A DNA stretch of 63,997 nucleotides, the filler included, from Octopus bimaculoides (Eukaryota): assembly GCF_001194135.2 (NCBI RefSeq). It is 5 parts of 5 records of this genome, joined end to end, with 100 filler letters (N's around TTAATTAATTAA, not from the genome) between each part and the next. Parts side by side here need not be neighbours in the genome. Positions count along the whole stretch, not along the records: positions 1 to 29,325 come from NC_069005.1; 4 more parts are not named here. The stretch is one strand, 5' to 3'. Below, one piece after another: positions 1 through 13,120 of the stretch (positions are counted from its first letter, which is position 1; every line of letters begins with the position of its first letter). The notes below the pieces were generated by a model that did no database searches, had not been told where the DNA came from, and saw only the letters and a list, made by a program, of their open reading frames with translations. The position numbers and the translations under genes were made by a program.

Positions 1-599
1 TGTTGAACAAAAACAAAAAAGATCTAACAAAAAAAAAATATGTTAATTACAAAGCTACAAACCACCCCCACCCCACCACCACCAGTTCTATACTCATACA
101 TCCAACACCACTACCACCACCACCAACCCTATCCTCACTACCATAAATACAGCTGCCACTCCTATGTGCACCACCACTACTACCACCACCACTGCTAATG
201 ACACCACCGCCGCCCTCCCCAGCAATGTAATCACTGCCATCGCCCCACCCCCTAGCTTTTTACTAACAAATGTTGCCATGGAGACCAAACATAAGGCTGA
301 AAATATTGATAGCACAGATAATATTGATTTCTATTGACTGAAACACAATGGAAGCAAGAGTTAAATGCGGTACCCATCAACTAGGTTTTGGTGGGGTTCT
401 TGTTAAAGATATCCCCCCCCACCCACCTTCACTTCATTCCTCTGATGCCCTTAGGAAAGGCATGAAGGTCACAACATCTCCTTTGTTCTTTTCACCTAAG
501 TTGCTACACACAGATACAAGCTTAAGAGAGAACCTGTACGTGGTGGCTTGATCTGCTAGAAATAGCAGCCAAATTTCCCTCAAAGTAAATCCTACCCAA

Positions 600-672
600 A
601 TCATTATTTTAAAAATTAATTGAAACAAAAGCAGTGTATTTCAACAGAAATACGGTAACAAAAGAGTTAAAA
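600..672 (-). mobile_element. Partial TTAA-terminated (piggyBac-like) MITE
   Basis: Reverse complement TTAActcttttgttaccgtatttctgttgaaatacac... is homologous to the start of the copy at 58393-58603. Confidence 0.5.
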
Positions 673-1556
673 ATAACTTTCATTTCTAGCTAATTAAGCT
701 TGCAATTAACAGTTAATTGAGATGTTTAGTAAAGTTTCCATTTTCAACTGCCCAGTTTTGTTTTAATATATTGTTTAACTAATGAAACCCGGCAGCTCGT
801 TTTTAAGGGTGAAATATTAATTGTCATATGATTCTAAGCCTGTTGGCTTCGGTTCACCCCCTACCCATCCAGGGGCACCTGACTCTTGATGGAGTTGTCA
901 GGAATGCGTTCGTGAAATACGGTACAGGTTGAGCATGTTAAATTGGCAGAGCCTACAGATTCTATAAGGGAGGAAGAAGAAGAACAGCATGAAGAAGTAC
1001 AACAACAAAGGAAGAGGAGAAAGAAGAGGAGAAGGAAGAGGAGAAGGAAGAAGAAGAGGAGGAAGAGGAGAAAGAAGAGGGGGCAGCAGCAGCAGCCAAT
1101 TGTGGACTAGTATTTTACTGATCCACAAAGCAGCACTGCTTCCACATTCAGGACTATGAAATTCAGTCCCCAATGAACCTGCGCCAGTCTCTGGCCCACA
1201 GCCTAGCTGTCTCCTCTCTCTTTTTTATTTTCTTTTATCACTATTATAACAGCCTCGCTTCCTCCGCATTGGCTGGTCTCATACCTCCAACAGCAAGGGA
1301 TCCCTGAATTACTCATCTTCCCATCTCTTATCACTCTTGAAGTATACAATCTCTTCAGCTCTACACTAACAATTAGTCCCACTCTCTGTTCTGTGTGTGG
1401 GGACCAGCATGTCCAACATCAGGACCAAATTCATGCAAGCATGAAAGCGTGCTGGCAAAATGCTGCTCGTCTAAATGGAAACCTTACCTGCCATTGTGGT
1501 TTTATGGCACGAGGCAAAGCAGGCTTTGATGTCCACTCGAGAAAACACAGAGTAAA

Positions 1557-1826
1557 TCATCATCATCGTTTAACATCCGCTTTCCATGCTAGCATGGGTT
1601 GGACGATTTGACTGAGGACTGGTGAAACTAGATGACTACACCAGGCTCCAATCTGATTTGGCAGAGTTTCTACAGCTGGATTCCCTTCCTAACGCCAACC
1701 ACTCAGAGTGTAGTGGGTGCTTTTACGTGTCACCCGCACGAAGGCCAGTCAGGCGGTACTGGCAACGGCCACGCTCGAAATGGTGTATTTTATGTGCCAC
1801 CCGCACAAGAGCCAGTCCAGGGGCAT
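1557..1826 (-). mobile_element. RTE LINE 3' UTR fragment with (GAT)n tail
   Basis: Homologous to 54849-55155 and 59567-59748; ends ...ggatgttaaacgatgatgatg on the minus strand. Confidence 0.8.
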
Positions 1827-2603
1827 CCACAATAAATGATCCACAATAAACATTTATAATAAACATGTTACCTCATATACAATGAACCCCCTCATGTTTC
1901 ACAAGACCTTGACAGTTGCGTTTCGGGCATACCTAGACATGGTCCTGTTTTGAATAGGATCACAATAAAACCTCAACATAACCTAGCTCCAGGCTGGTTT
2001 TGCTATATTAATTACTAAAATGTCATCATCAGCCCACACTCTGTTGAAGATACAGCTGAAAGAGGTCTTTGTTCTTTACAGCATCATTCACAGCCTCTTG
2101 TTAACCTTGCTCTGGGCCTCAACTAACCGTATTGATTACAAAACATTACCCCCATATTATAATACGATCATGTAGTACAACAAAACCTTGATATTCCTAC
2201 AGAAATTCTGTGTTTAAAGAAATATGGATTAAATTTGCTCCAGGCTACACTTTGTGATATTAATAATTAATACAGTTGTATAATATATTGATGTGTGTGT
2301 GTGTGTGTGTNNNNNNNNNNNNNNNNNNNNNNNNNNNNNNNNNNNNNNNNNNNNNNNNNNNNNNNNNNNNNNNNNNNNNNNNNNNNNNNNNNNNNNNNNN
2401 NNNNNNNNNNNNNNNNNNNNNNNNNNNNNNNNNNNNNNNNNNNNNNNNNNNNNNNNNNNNNNNNNNNNNNNNNNNNNNNNNNNNNNNNNNNNNNNNNNNN
2501 NNNNNNNNNNNNNNNNNNNNNNNNNNNNNNNNNNNNNNNNNNNNNNNNNNNNNNNNNNNNNNNNNNNNNNNNNNNNNNNNNNNNNNNNNNNNNNNNNNNN
2601 NNN

Positions 2604-2687
<84 letters not shown>

Positions 2688-2810
2688 CCTTTCTACTATA
2701 GGCACAAGGCCTGATATTTTGGGGAGGGTGCTAGTTGATTACATCAACCCCATTGTGTAAGGAATGAAAGGCAAACTGACCTTGGCAGAATTTGAACCTG
2801 AAATGTAATG
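2688..2810 (-). mobile_element. SINE family B, 3' fragment
   Basis: Reverse complement of the ...ggccttgtgcctatagtagaaagg tail seen at 22135-22349; abuts an (AAT)n tract. Confidence 0.65.
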
Positions 2811-2824
2811 TGTGTTCCTGAGTA

Positions 2825-3396
2825 TGCACAGGTGTGGCTATGTGATGAGAAGCTTACTTTCCAACCACATGGTTCCAGGTTCAGCTCCACTGTGTGACAC
2901 CCAAGGCCTTCTGAGTGGATTTGGGAGATGGAAACTGAAAGAAGCCCATTCTATATATGCATATGTGTGTGACTTTGTGTATGTGTTTGTCCTCCCCCCC
3001 CACATGATAACCAGTGTTGGTTTGTTTATGTCCTTGTAACTTAGTGGTTAGGCAAAAGAGATTGATGAAATAAGTACCAGGCTTTAAAAAAAAATAAGTT
3101 TGTTTGACTAAACTCTTCAAGGTGGTGCTCCAGCATGGCCGCAGCCCAGTGACTGAAACAAATAACTGATAAAAGATGTGTGTGTGTGTGTTTGTTTCTT
3201 TGTATTCCTCTCTTTGCTTGTCAACTGGTTTGTTTACATCATTGTAACTTAGCAGTTTGACAAAAGAGAACAATAGAATAAATACCAGATTTAAAAGAAG
3301 CACTGAGGTCAGTCTGTCCGACTCACCCGACAAGGTAGCAGCACTCCAGCATGGCCGCAGTCTCCAATGACTGAAACAAGTAAAAGAGTAAAAGAA
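2825..3396 (+). mobile_element. tRNA-headed SINE family A (full copy plus a second 3' module)
   Basis: A-box-like tggctatgtg and B-box-like ggttcagctcc head, internal (TA/TG)n, 3' module ...gctccagcatggccgcag...gactgaaacaag occurring twice (to about 3176 and 3185-3396). Confidence 0.8.
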
Positions 3397-4601
3397 CGGG
3401 AAAAGCTTTTACTTGGAGGAGGAAGCGTAGAACCCATGGTGCTTTTTCCAGACCTCTAAGACTGATGAGAGCAAAGGAAGGAGGGAAGGAAAGAGGGAGG
3501 GAAGGAAGGAAGGCAGAAAGGACGGAAGGAAGGAATTGTTTTAGAATTAAAGAAACCAGAATGCTTGCAAGAGTGTGGACACTGCTGTAGCTCCACCCAT
3601 GGGCCAGGTAGCGTTGGTGTTAAACCAGGCGAGATGCTAAGTCCAGCATTCACAAAACCAGGAATGGCAATGACTCCGTCGACATACTTCTCTACAGAGA
3701 GTCAACCACAAGGCATTGGATGAGCCGAAGCAAGAGACAGAAGACACTTGTCTGCCTGCTGGTATTAATCTGAAGACATCAAAGAATGTGATACAGTGTT
3801 TGCTTGACATACACACTACAAATTTATGTGTCGTCATGTGATTACTCCAGATGTTATGCTATGAATTATGCATACGACTTAATTAACAATGCCGTTGTTC
3901 AAATTACCAGAAAACCCTTAAGATATGAGTTGAGAGCTTGCCGGAAGCATTTTAGTCTACTTGCTTGAAATCAGGATTAAGTAAAAGACAAACAGAGGAA
4001 GCGTCTTCCCTATTGGCTTCTTGTTTTTTGTATTTTGCATTCTTTTTCTTGTTTTTTTTTTTGGAAATTCTGGTTGTGGTTTTAGCCCCCAGTCAAACCT
4101 AATCTGGCAGAGTAATGATCAAAGACTCAGCAATCTTGAATCAACTCAGTTTAATTNNNNNNNNNNNNNNNNNNNNNNNNNNNNNNNNNNNNNNNNNNNN
4201 NNNNNNNNNNNNNNNNNNNNNNNNNNNNNNNNNNNNNNNNNNNNNNNNNNNNNNNNNNNNNNNNNNNNNNNNNNNNNNNNNNNNNNNNNNNNNNNNNNNN
4301 NNNNNNNNNNNNNNNNNNNNNNNNNNNNNNNNNNNNNNNNNNNNNNNNNNNNNNNNNNNNNNNNNNNNNNNNNNNNNNNNNNNNNNNNNNNNNNNNNNNN
4401 NNNNNNNNNNNNNNNNNNNNNNNNNNNNNNNNNNNNNNNNNNNNNNNNNNNNNNNNNNNNNNNNNNNNNNNNNNNNNNNNNNNNNNNNNNNNNNNNNNNN
4501 NNNNNNNNNNNNNNNNNNNNNNNNNNNNNNNNNNNNNNNNNNNNNNNNNNNNNNNNNNNNNNNNNNNNNNNNNNNNNNNNNNNNNNNNNNNNNNNNNNNN
4601 N

Positions 4602-4644
<43 letters not shown>

Positions 4645-4659
4645 TTATTTATTTATTTA

Positions 4660-4868
4660 TGTGTGTTTGTCCTGCCCACCATTACTTGACAACCGATGTT
4701 GGTGTGTTTATGTTCCTATAACTTAGTGGTTCAGCAAAAGAGACCAATAGAATAAGTACTAGGATTATAGAGAATAAGTCTTGGGGTTGATTTCTTTGAC
4801 TAAAACCCTTTAAGGTGATGCTCCAGCATGGCCACAGACAAATGACTGAAATGTGTAAAAGAATGAAA
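4660..4868 (+). mobile_element. SINE family A, 3' module
   Basis: ttgacaaccgatgttggtgtgttta...gctccagcatggccacag...tgactgaaa. Confidence 0.8.
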
Positions 4869-5997
4869 GAATTAGTATGTCGAAGAGTATCTTCTCCAAA
4901 TGTGTCAGTAGAATATGATTTGGCAGAGATTTGACTGCTGTTCCTAGCAGGTCTTGCAACAACTATGTCACAGTTCCCTTGATGACTTGATGTAACATAG
5001 GAGAATGTTACTTTTATAATCAAAGGCGTTCCAACCATGACCACCTCCTTTTTTTTATATTTTAAAATTTCTCGACAGGGAGCATCTATGATTACAATAT
5101 CCACGATATCCTGTCTAATATCAACTGTCTTTCTGTCTAATATCAACCTGTCCATTTGTCCATCCGGCCATCCATCTCTGTCTATTTTTCTATTACTCTG
5201 TCTGTCTATCTTTCCATCCATCTATCTATCTCCTTATCTCTTACTAACTGTCTCTTTCTCTTTATCTATCATTTGGTTAGCTTTCTAATGCTTTAAGTCA
5301 CTAAATAATAAATTATGCCATCATATATATATGTATATATATATATGTATGTATGTATGTATGTCAGTATCTACCCGTCTATCTGTTTGCTTGCTTGTTT
5401 ATATATTTCTTCTGCCCAGCTTAATTAATTTAGCTCCATGCAAATGGATATGATAACATGGACTTACCTATACTTTAAGGTGCCATCTAGTGTTCAGCTT
5501 GGAATTGTACTACGAGTATTCGATTGCTCATTAGTGACAGCACCTGTAATAGNNNNNNNNNNNNNNNNNNNNNNNNNNNNNNNNNNNNNNNNNNNNNNNN
5601 NNNNNNNNNNNNNNNNNNNNNNNNNNNNNNNNNNNNNNNNNNNNNNNNNNNNNNNNNNNNNNNNNNNNNNNNNNNNNNNNNNNNNNNNNNNNNNNNNNNN
5701 NNNNNNNNNNNNNNNNNNNNNNNNNNNNNNNNNNTTTTTTTTTTTTTTTTCCCCTTCCCAAGTCCAAGAAATCAACCAGTTATGTTTGCATTGTTGAATA
5801 AATATTAAATGAATAATATTTGTATTAATCATTAGACGACTGTGAGCTGGCAGGCATGGCGAGTTCAGGAAACCGATGATGACGACGATGATAATTATGA
5901 TTGTTGTTGTTATTTAATTACTCTCTCTCTCTCTCTCTCTCTCTCTCCACACACACACACACATGTATGTGTGTATGTATATATTTCTACACATGTA

Positions 5998-6028
<31 letters not shown>

Positions 6029-6046
6029 TATGTGTATTCTATATAT

Positions 6047-6210
6047 AGGTGCAAGCATGGTTGTGTAGTAAGAAGCTTGCTTCTCAACCACATGGTTTTG
6101 GGTTCAGTCCCACTGTGTAGCACCTTGGGCAAATGTCTTCTACTGTAGCTGCAGGTTAGCCAAAGCCTTGTAAGTGGATTTGCTCCTGGAAACTGAAAGA
6201 ATCTCATTCC
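6047..6210 (+). mobile_element. SINE family A, 5' module
   Basis: gcatggttgtgtagtaagaagcttgcttctcaaccacatgg...gggttcagtccc...ggaaactgaaagaa. Confidence 0.8.
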
Positions 6211-6215
6211 TAAAC

Positions 6216-6248
<33 letters not shown>

Positions 6249-6329
6249 NNNNNNNNNNNNNNNNNNNNNNNNNNNNNNNNNNNNNNNNNNNNNNNNNNNN
6301 NNNNNNNNNNNNNNNNNNNNNNNNNNNNN

Positions 6330-6383
<54 letters not shown>

Positions 6384-7411
6384 TTGATTTGTTGTAAATG
6401 ATTGTCACGCAAGGTCGTACTGATATGCTTGTTGGTTGTAGTGACATTATCACACACAGACACATACATGCAATTACATATGCATGCATTTAATTAAACA
6501 TGTTATTGCGTACACTTACAAACATGCACACATACGTATTCACTTGACTATACACATGCACAGTCACTTGCACACACATACACACACAGTCATTTACGTA
6601 GACATACGTATACATAGAAACACAATCATATGCACACAGTCATATACACTGGCAAACACAATGACACGCATGTGCAATCACATGCACAAATGCAATCATA
6701 CACACACACACACGCACATAATCACATACAGACACATACAAAGATAGTCACATACACACACATGCAAGCACATTCACACACACATGCAGACAGTCATTTA
6801 CACACACATGCACATAAGGACACAATCACACACATATACAAACACAATCACACACACACACACACACACACACACGATCAAACCCAATATCATGCATGTA
6901 CATACACAGACATAACATTCAGTTATCCTCTCCCTTCTCCCCCTCCCTCCAGTCACTCTTACTCCCACAGAAATGCAAGGAAATTATCTTGTCTCATGTC
7001 ACATGAATATAAAAGTGCAGAAATAAAAAAGGAATATGTATGTATGCACAACTGCACACAGTTGCCATATGCATACATACATGCACACACGTGCATCTCT
7101 GCGTATGTCATCATTGACACTACTTCAGCAATGGCGATGCTTGTTCATGTCCCACATAACCACAGAGCTCTATATTTTTATTAGTGAGACTAAGAATGTG
7201 TAAATTTAACATGACGCAGGATATGTGGCACTTTTGATTACCATGGATATTTTTTCTTTTTTTTTTTTTTTGTTTCGAAAATTCTATAACGCTTTATTGA
7301 TTATGCATTGATTATGACTAAAAGCTCAATAGTAGAAATCAGCTATTAAGTTAGGTATGAGAGACAGTGCAAGAAGACAGTAGAAGCTGAGAACTAATGC
7401 AAAGGTTAAAT

Positions 7412-8343
7412 CAGGGTTTCTCAACCATTCATTATCTATGAACCCCCTTTTGATTACTATTTCATTCTTGTGGACCCCCTGCCCCTAGCTATTTGATATT
7501 TAAAAACTAGTTTTATGGAAATTTCTTTCGAAATTCCTATTTTGTTTTTCAATATAAGGATTTACTTTCCGTAATGAGATAAAAGACCAAGGCTGTGTAT
7601 AATATAGAACATTTATAAATAGAATATCTTACAGCTGTTTCCAGGATGTTTATTATATCCCTTCATTGGAGACGGTGTGAGAGGATGATTAAGCAATAGT
7701 TAGTTTAGTTAAGAGAGGAAATAGAGAGTGAATGTAGAGATATTGTATTTGTAAATCCAATGTTTAGGCAGAATGGTATACATATAAGATTCCAATACCT
7801 TGTGAGTAAGATCCAATTGATTTTAAGATTGGTCGTTGCCTTTGTAAATCCATTATTAAAATTTCAATACCGTATGAGTAAAGTCCAACAGTCCTTTGTT
7901 TTTCACGCATTAACTTGTGTAGTTTGAACTATGTAAAATGTTAGAGAAAGAAACCTAGCTATTTCTTGCAATACATAACAACGTAAGCTGGGGTTCTCAA
8001 CCATTTTTTTTTCTATCTATGAACCCCTTTGATTACTATTTTAATCTGGTGGACCCACATAGCCATTTGATATCTAAAAACTAGTTTTATAGAAATTTCT
8101 TTTAAAATTCCTATTTTGTTTATCACACATTAACTCATGTAGGTTGATCTAAGTAAAGTGTTGGAAAGAAACTTAGCCGTTTCATGCAATACATACGAAT
8201 ACATACATCTAAAGCAAAATTTTTTCAGGGTCCCTTAAAATATCATTGTGGGTCCCCAATTTACTATTTTGTTGTGTGAACCTCCAAAATCATATATGGA
8301 CCCCCCCCCCAGGGGACATATGGATCCCAGTTGAGAAGCACTG
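7412..8343 (+). mobile_element. hAT (Charlie-like) MITE with duplicated 5' end and an internal insertion
   Basis: TIRs CAGGGTTTCTCAAC (7412) and GTTGAGAAGCACTG (8330-8343); 8-nt flanks ggttaaat and acttaaat (6/8); second left end at 7988. Confidence 0.7.
7626..7673 (-). ncRNA. Decayed minimal type I hammerhead ribozyme motif (Penelope-type)
   Basis: Minus strand: gtct-CCAATGA-a-gggat..atcct-g-GAAAC-agct-GTA-agat. Stems I and II and the palindromic mini stem III are present; the core CUGAUGA has 2 substitutions. Confidence 0.4.
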
Positions 8344-8669
8344 ACTTAAATGAATGCTTTGTACACACACACACACACACAAACATTTGTATATAAATAT
8401 CTCTTTCTTTATCTCTTTCTGTATATAAACATATGCATACATATTTATAAAAACGCCTTTGCATGTGCATACATATACATATGTGTGTATGCGAATGTGT
8501 GCATGTGCTTGTATGTTTGTTTACATTTTTTAGATTGATGAAATCAGTAAGATGTATTATCATTCACATAACATTTATATATAGGCTATGTTATATGAAT
8601 GATAATATTTTTGTAAACAAAAGTGTTTAATATTTAACTTCATATATATATTTATATACTGTGTGTGTG

Positions 8670-8990
8670 TGGAGGCACATGATTCAGTGGTTAGAGTGTC
8701 GGGCTCACAATCACGAGGTAGTGAGTTCGATTCCCAAACCGGGCTGTGTGTTGTGTTCTTGAGCAAGACACTTTATTTCATGTTGCTCCAGTTCACTCAG
8801 CTGTAGAAATGAGTTGCGACGTCACTGGTGCCAAGCTGTATCGGCCCCTTTTGCTTTTACCTTAGACAACATCAGTGGCATGGAGAGGGGAGACTGGTAG
8901 GCACAGGCAACTGCTGGTCTTCCATGAACCCCCTTGCCCAGACTTGTGCCTCGGAGGCTAAGTTTCTTGGTGCACTCCCATGGTCAGATA
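8670..8990 (+). mobile_element. tRNA-headed SINE family C
   Basis: Head tgattcagtggttagag...gagttcgattccc, then central ttgagcaagacactttatttcatgttgctccagttcactcagctg; related copies at 12697, 11275, 24800(-) and 26040(-). Confidence 0.8.
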
Positions 8991-9328
8991 AATTAATACA
9001 TTTTTTACAACTTGACATTCCATCATCATATATCCAAAAAGAAAAGGTAAAATTTATTGAAATTTCAAAAAATTTGTAGAGGAAGACTAGAGCTCCAAAA
9101 ACACATAAAACATGACAATAAAACAAAAATTTGTGTGCTAATTCAGTAACATTTGAAAGGATTAAATAAAGAACAAGAAAGAAAAAAAACGAACGAACGT
9201 ATCTGCCCACCTAATGATTCACATTGAATATATATAGCACAAATAGTGAATTGGCAGAGCTGTGAGCTGTTAGGACATTGTGATATTTATTTTGAGTCTC
9301 TGCTCTCTGAAATCAATTTTTCCTTATA

Positions 9329-9505
9329 TATGAGGGAGTGCTGAAAAGTTCCTGACTTTAAGGGTATCACGAAAGGCTTGGTTGGAGGCCCAACCTTCCG
9401 AGTTCTTTTACAGGGCTTAGAAAAACTGAAGAATCTCTGCAATAAGTGTGTGAATCTGAGAGAGGAATATGTTGAGTAAAATCATAACAAACTGGTCCTC
9501 CTGTA
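9329..9505 (+). mobile_element. Internally deleted mariner element
   Basis: TA plus TIR-like TGAGGGAGTGCTGAAAAGTTCC joined to a transposase C-terminus-like LQGLEKLKNLCNKCVNLREEYVE*. Confidence 0.65.
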
Positions 9506-9519
9506 TATATATACAACAG

Positions 9520-9750
9520 GCTTCTTTCCAAATCAACTCACAGGTATGTGGGTCTGTGTTTGTTGCCCACCACCCCTTGACAACCAGTACTGGTGTACTT
9601 ACGTTCTTGTAACTTAGTGTTTCAGCAAAAGAGACCAATAGAATAAGTACTAGGCTTTAAAAAATCTCCTGGCGGTCGATCTGTCCAATTAAAACCCTTC
9701 AAGGTGGTGCCCCAGCATGGCCACAGTCGAATGACTGAACCAAGTAAGAG
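9520..9750 (+). mobile_element. SINE family A, 3' module
   Basis: cttgacaaccag...cagcaaaagagaccaatagaataagtactagg...ccagcatggccacag. Confidence 0.75.
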
Positions 9751-9816
9751 ATAAAAGATAATATTTGTAACTCCTAATGTGTTGAATGCCCCTTTCTTTT
9801 CTTCGTCCACTTGTGT

Positions 9817-9853
<37 letters not shown>

Positions 9854-10899
9854 CATACACATTATATATATATGTATATATATATATATATAGATAGATA
9901 GATAGATATTACATACGTAGTGTATGAGAAGTCAAGTGCCATTGAAGCTTGTATTTATTGTTTTCAATTACAATTGAACATTTAATGTAATTCAAAAATG
10001 TATAAATATATTTATTTTAGGAGACACCTCCCCTCCTCTGCTGCCACTCTTCCCCTCCTCTCCCCCTCCACTTCTCATTAATCTCTCTCATAGAAGAGAT
10101 GTATTTATTCATTCATTTATTTATTTATTGAACAGCCGAAGAAAACTCCTCACAGAGCTTTCATTTTGTGTGTTTTATTACACAGTTTGATACTTATTAT
10201 CTGTGGGAAGATTATTAAACGATAATTAAGTCGTGTTATTTAAACATTCCAGTCTTAACGAGAGAGTCTCTTTTTTTAAAAATATTTTTTTATTTTTATT
10301 TTAGACGTTATTGTAATCAAATTAATGAAATGGGGGTGAGGGGGTTAAGTGGCAGATTATAAAGAAAGTTTTAATTTTGTGTATGTGTGAGTGAGTGAGA
10401 GAGAGAGAAAGAGAGAGAGAGAAAGAGAGAGAGAGATAATCTGGGATTGAACAAAGCACACTCACGTATTCTTTGTTCATTTGCCAGATTATCCCTCCAC
10501 CATCATCTCCCATTTTTGCAAATGTGTAATTTATAGGTACAGATGTGACCGAGTGGTTGAGAAACTTGCTTCCCAATTATGTGGTCTTCGGTTTAGTCCC
10601 ACTGTGTGGCACCTTGGACATACGATTATTCAGTGAAAAATGGATTATTTTATTAAGTATAGTTGAGGCTAATGTTAGTATAGACATTTTGTTTTACATT
10701 ACCTTAAATTTAAATACGAATAAATGTTGTCCTTACTGAAAGCTTAATGGTAGCTTATTTTATATTAATGAAAAAATGCTGTCACCTAGCTAATACTCTA
10801 TGAGGTTTAATCCCTAACATTAGTAAATCTATGTCATTTACTGGTTGCTCTTTACCAAATCATTCATCATCAACGACTATGACAATTACTATTGAGCAA

Positions 10900-10942
<43 letters not shown>

Positions 10943-10950
10943 ATTATCAA

Positions 10951-11263
10951 ATGTTGGGCCTCATTGAGGCAATGACAAGTGATCTATACCTTTGACAATA
11001 TGTCATACTTGAGAAGATCTGTCAAGCCAAGTGAAATTGTAGTCATGGCTGATGCCAGTGTTGCGTAACTGGCACCCACGCCAGTGGCATGTAAAGGCGA
11101 CACCCACTACACTTTTGGAATGGTTGGCATTAGGAAGGGCATCCAACTGTAGAAACCACGTCAAATCAGATTGGGACCTGGTGCAGCTCCCCAGCTTACC
11201 AGTTTTCAATCAAACTGTCCAACCCATGCCAGCATGGAAAGTGGACGTCAAATGATGATGATG
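10951..11263 (+). mobile_element. 5'-truncated RTE LINE (ORF end plus 3' UTR plus (GAT)n)
   Basis: MLGLIEAMTSDLYL*QYVILEKICQAK* resembles the end of the RTE remnant at about 56210 and runs directly into the GAT-tailed repeat. Confidence 0.75.
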
Positions 11264-11274
11264 AAGTAAAGTGA

Positions 11275-11570
11275 AGGCATGTTGGTTAGTGGTTAGGGTT
11301 TTCGGCTCACAGTCATAACGTTGTGGGTTCAATTCCTGGTGGTACGTTTATGTTCTTGAGAAAGACCCTTTATTTCTTACTGCTCCAGGCCACTCAACTG
11401 GCTAATTTTCAAAGGGCTAGCCTTGTCACATTCTGTGTTGCTCTGATCTCTCTGAGAGCCGTGTTAGGGGTCTGCATGTCTGTGGAGTACTCAGCCGTTT
11501 TGCACAGTAATTTCATGAGCAGGCTGTTCCATTGATCGGATCAACTGGATCACTCTCTGTCATACATACA
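11275..11570 (+). mobile_element. SINE family C variant
   Basis: tRNA-like head (ggttagtggttaggg...gggttcaattcc); body is the reverse complement of 24800-25070. Confidence 0.7.
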
Positions 11571-11887
11571 CGCAGCCTTGTTTTAGAATGGGTAACACTA
11601 TGTTCTTGTGTGGTAAGAAGAGCTGAAAAGGGTTGGTGATAGAAAGGGGATCTGGAAAATTAGCCCCTTGTGGGCAATAAAGAAATAAGAAAGGGAATCT
11701 GGCTATAAAATGTTGCCTCAGAGAACCAGTCTAACTCATGCCAGCATGGAAAAGTGGATGTAAAAAGTAATGATAATGAAGAAACAAACACATTTTTATA
11801 TATTGCTGCCATCATCATTTTACATCTGCTTTTCATACTAAAATGTGTGTGTGTATGTGTGTGTGTGTGTGTGTGTGCATGTGCATG

Positions 11888-11925
<38 letters not shown>

Positions 11926-12696
11926 NNNNNNNNNNNNNNNNNNNNNNNNNNNNNNNNNNNNNNNNNNNNNNNNNNNNNNNNNNNNNNNNNNNNNNNNNNN
12001 NNNNNNNNNNNNNNNNNNNNNNNNNNNNNNNNNNNNNNNNNNNNNNNNNNNNNNNNNNNNNNNNNNNNNNNNNNNNNNNNNNNNNNNNNNNNNNNNNNNN
12101 NNNNNNNNNNNNNNNNNNNNNNNNNNNNNNNNNNNNNNNNNNNNNNNNNNNNNNNNNNNNNNNNNNNNNNNNNNNNNNNNNNNNNNNNNNNNNNNNNNNN
12201 NNNNNNNNNNNNNNNNNNNNNNNNNNNNNNNNNNNNNNNNNNNNNNNNNNNNNNNNNNNNNNNNNNNNNNNNNNNNNNNNNNNNNNNNNNNNNNNNNNNN
12301 NNNNNNNNNNNNNNNNNNNNNNNNNNNNNNNNNNNNNNNNNNNNNNNNNNNNNNNNNNNNNNNNNNNNNNNNNNNNNNNNNNNNNNNNNNNNNNNNNNNN
12401 NNNNNNNNNNNNNNNNNNNNNNNNNNNNNNNNNNNNNNNNNNNNNNNNNNNNNNNNNNNNNNNNNNNNNNNNNNNNNNNNNNNNNNNNNNNNNNNNNNNN
12501 NTAACAAGACTTTTAAACATCTTTCGTTGACTGTCTGACAATATTGCCTCCTTGCCATCCACATTCCTTTCTTGTTCCTGCCAGTCTTGCCTCTCTAAGA
12601 CTTGTGAGAGAAAGCGAGAGAGAGAAAGCATGTCCAGTAGTGATAAATATATATATATATATATATGTATGCATGTATGTATGTACGTATGTATAA

Positions 12697-13120
12697 CTCC
12701 CATGGCTCAGTGGTTCGAGTGTCAGGCTCACAATCGTGAGAGGTAGTGAATTTGATTCTCAGACCGGACTGTGTGTTGTGTTCTTAGGCAAGACATTTAA
12801 TTTCACGTTGCTCCAGTTCTCTCAGTTATAGAAATGCGTTGTGATGTCACTGGTGCCAAGCTGTATCAGCCTTTATCTTTCCCTTGGATAACATTAGTGG
12901 CATGGAGAAGAAGAGGCTGGTATGCATGGGTGACTGCTGGTCTTCATTTGTATTTCATCTGCCACAACGTTCTGAGTTCAAATTTCACCAAGGTCGACTT
13001 TGTCTTTTATCTTTTCGGGGGTCGATAAAAGTAGTACCAGTTACGCACTAGGGGTCGATATAATTGAGCTAATCCCTTCCTCCAGATTTGAGGGCTTGTG
13101 CTTCCAGTAGAAAGAATTGT
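12697..13120 (+). mobile_element. SINE family C fused to a SINE family B 3' half
   Basis: 12697-12945 aligns with 8670-8930; 12955-13120 aligns with the family B body (ttctgagttcaaatt...gggcttgtgc). Confidence 0.7.

Noticed and set aside
3545-3722. Stop-free stretch of about 57 codons (KKPECLQECGHCC...)
   Set aside because: No convincing splice sites or recognisable homology.
8670-8745. tRNA-like A and B boxes here and at other SINE heads, including a weak one at about 36350-36425 (-)
   Set aside because: They continue into SINE bodies and lack a full cloverleaf, so they are not tRNA genes.
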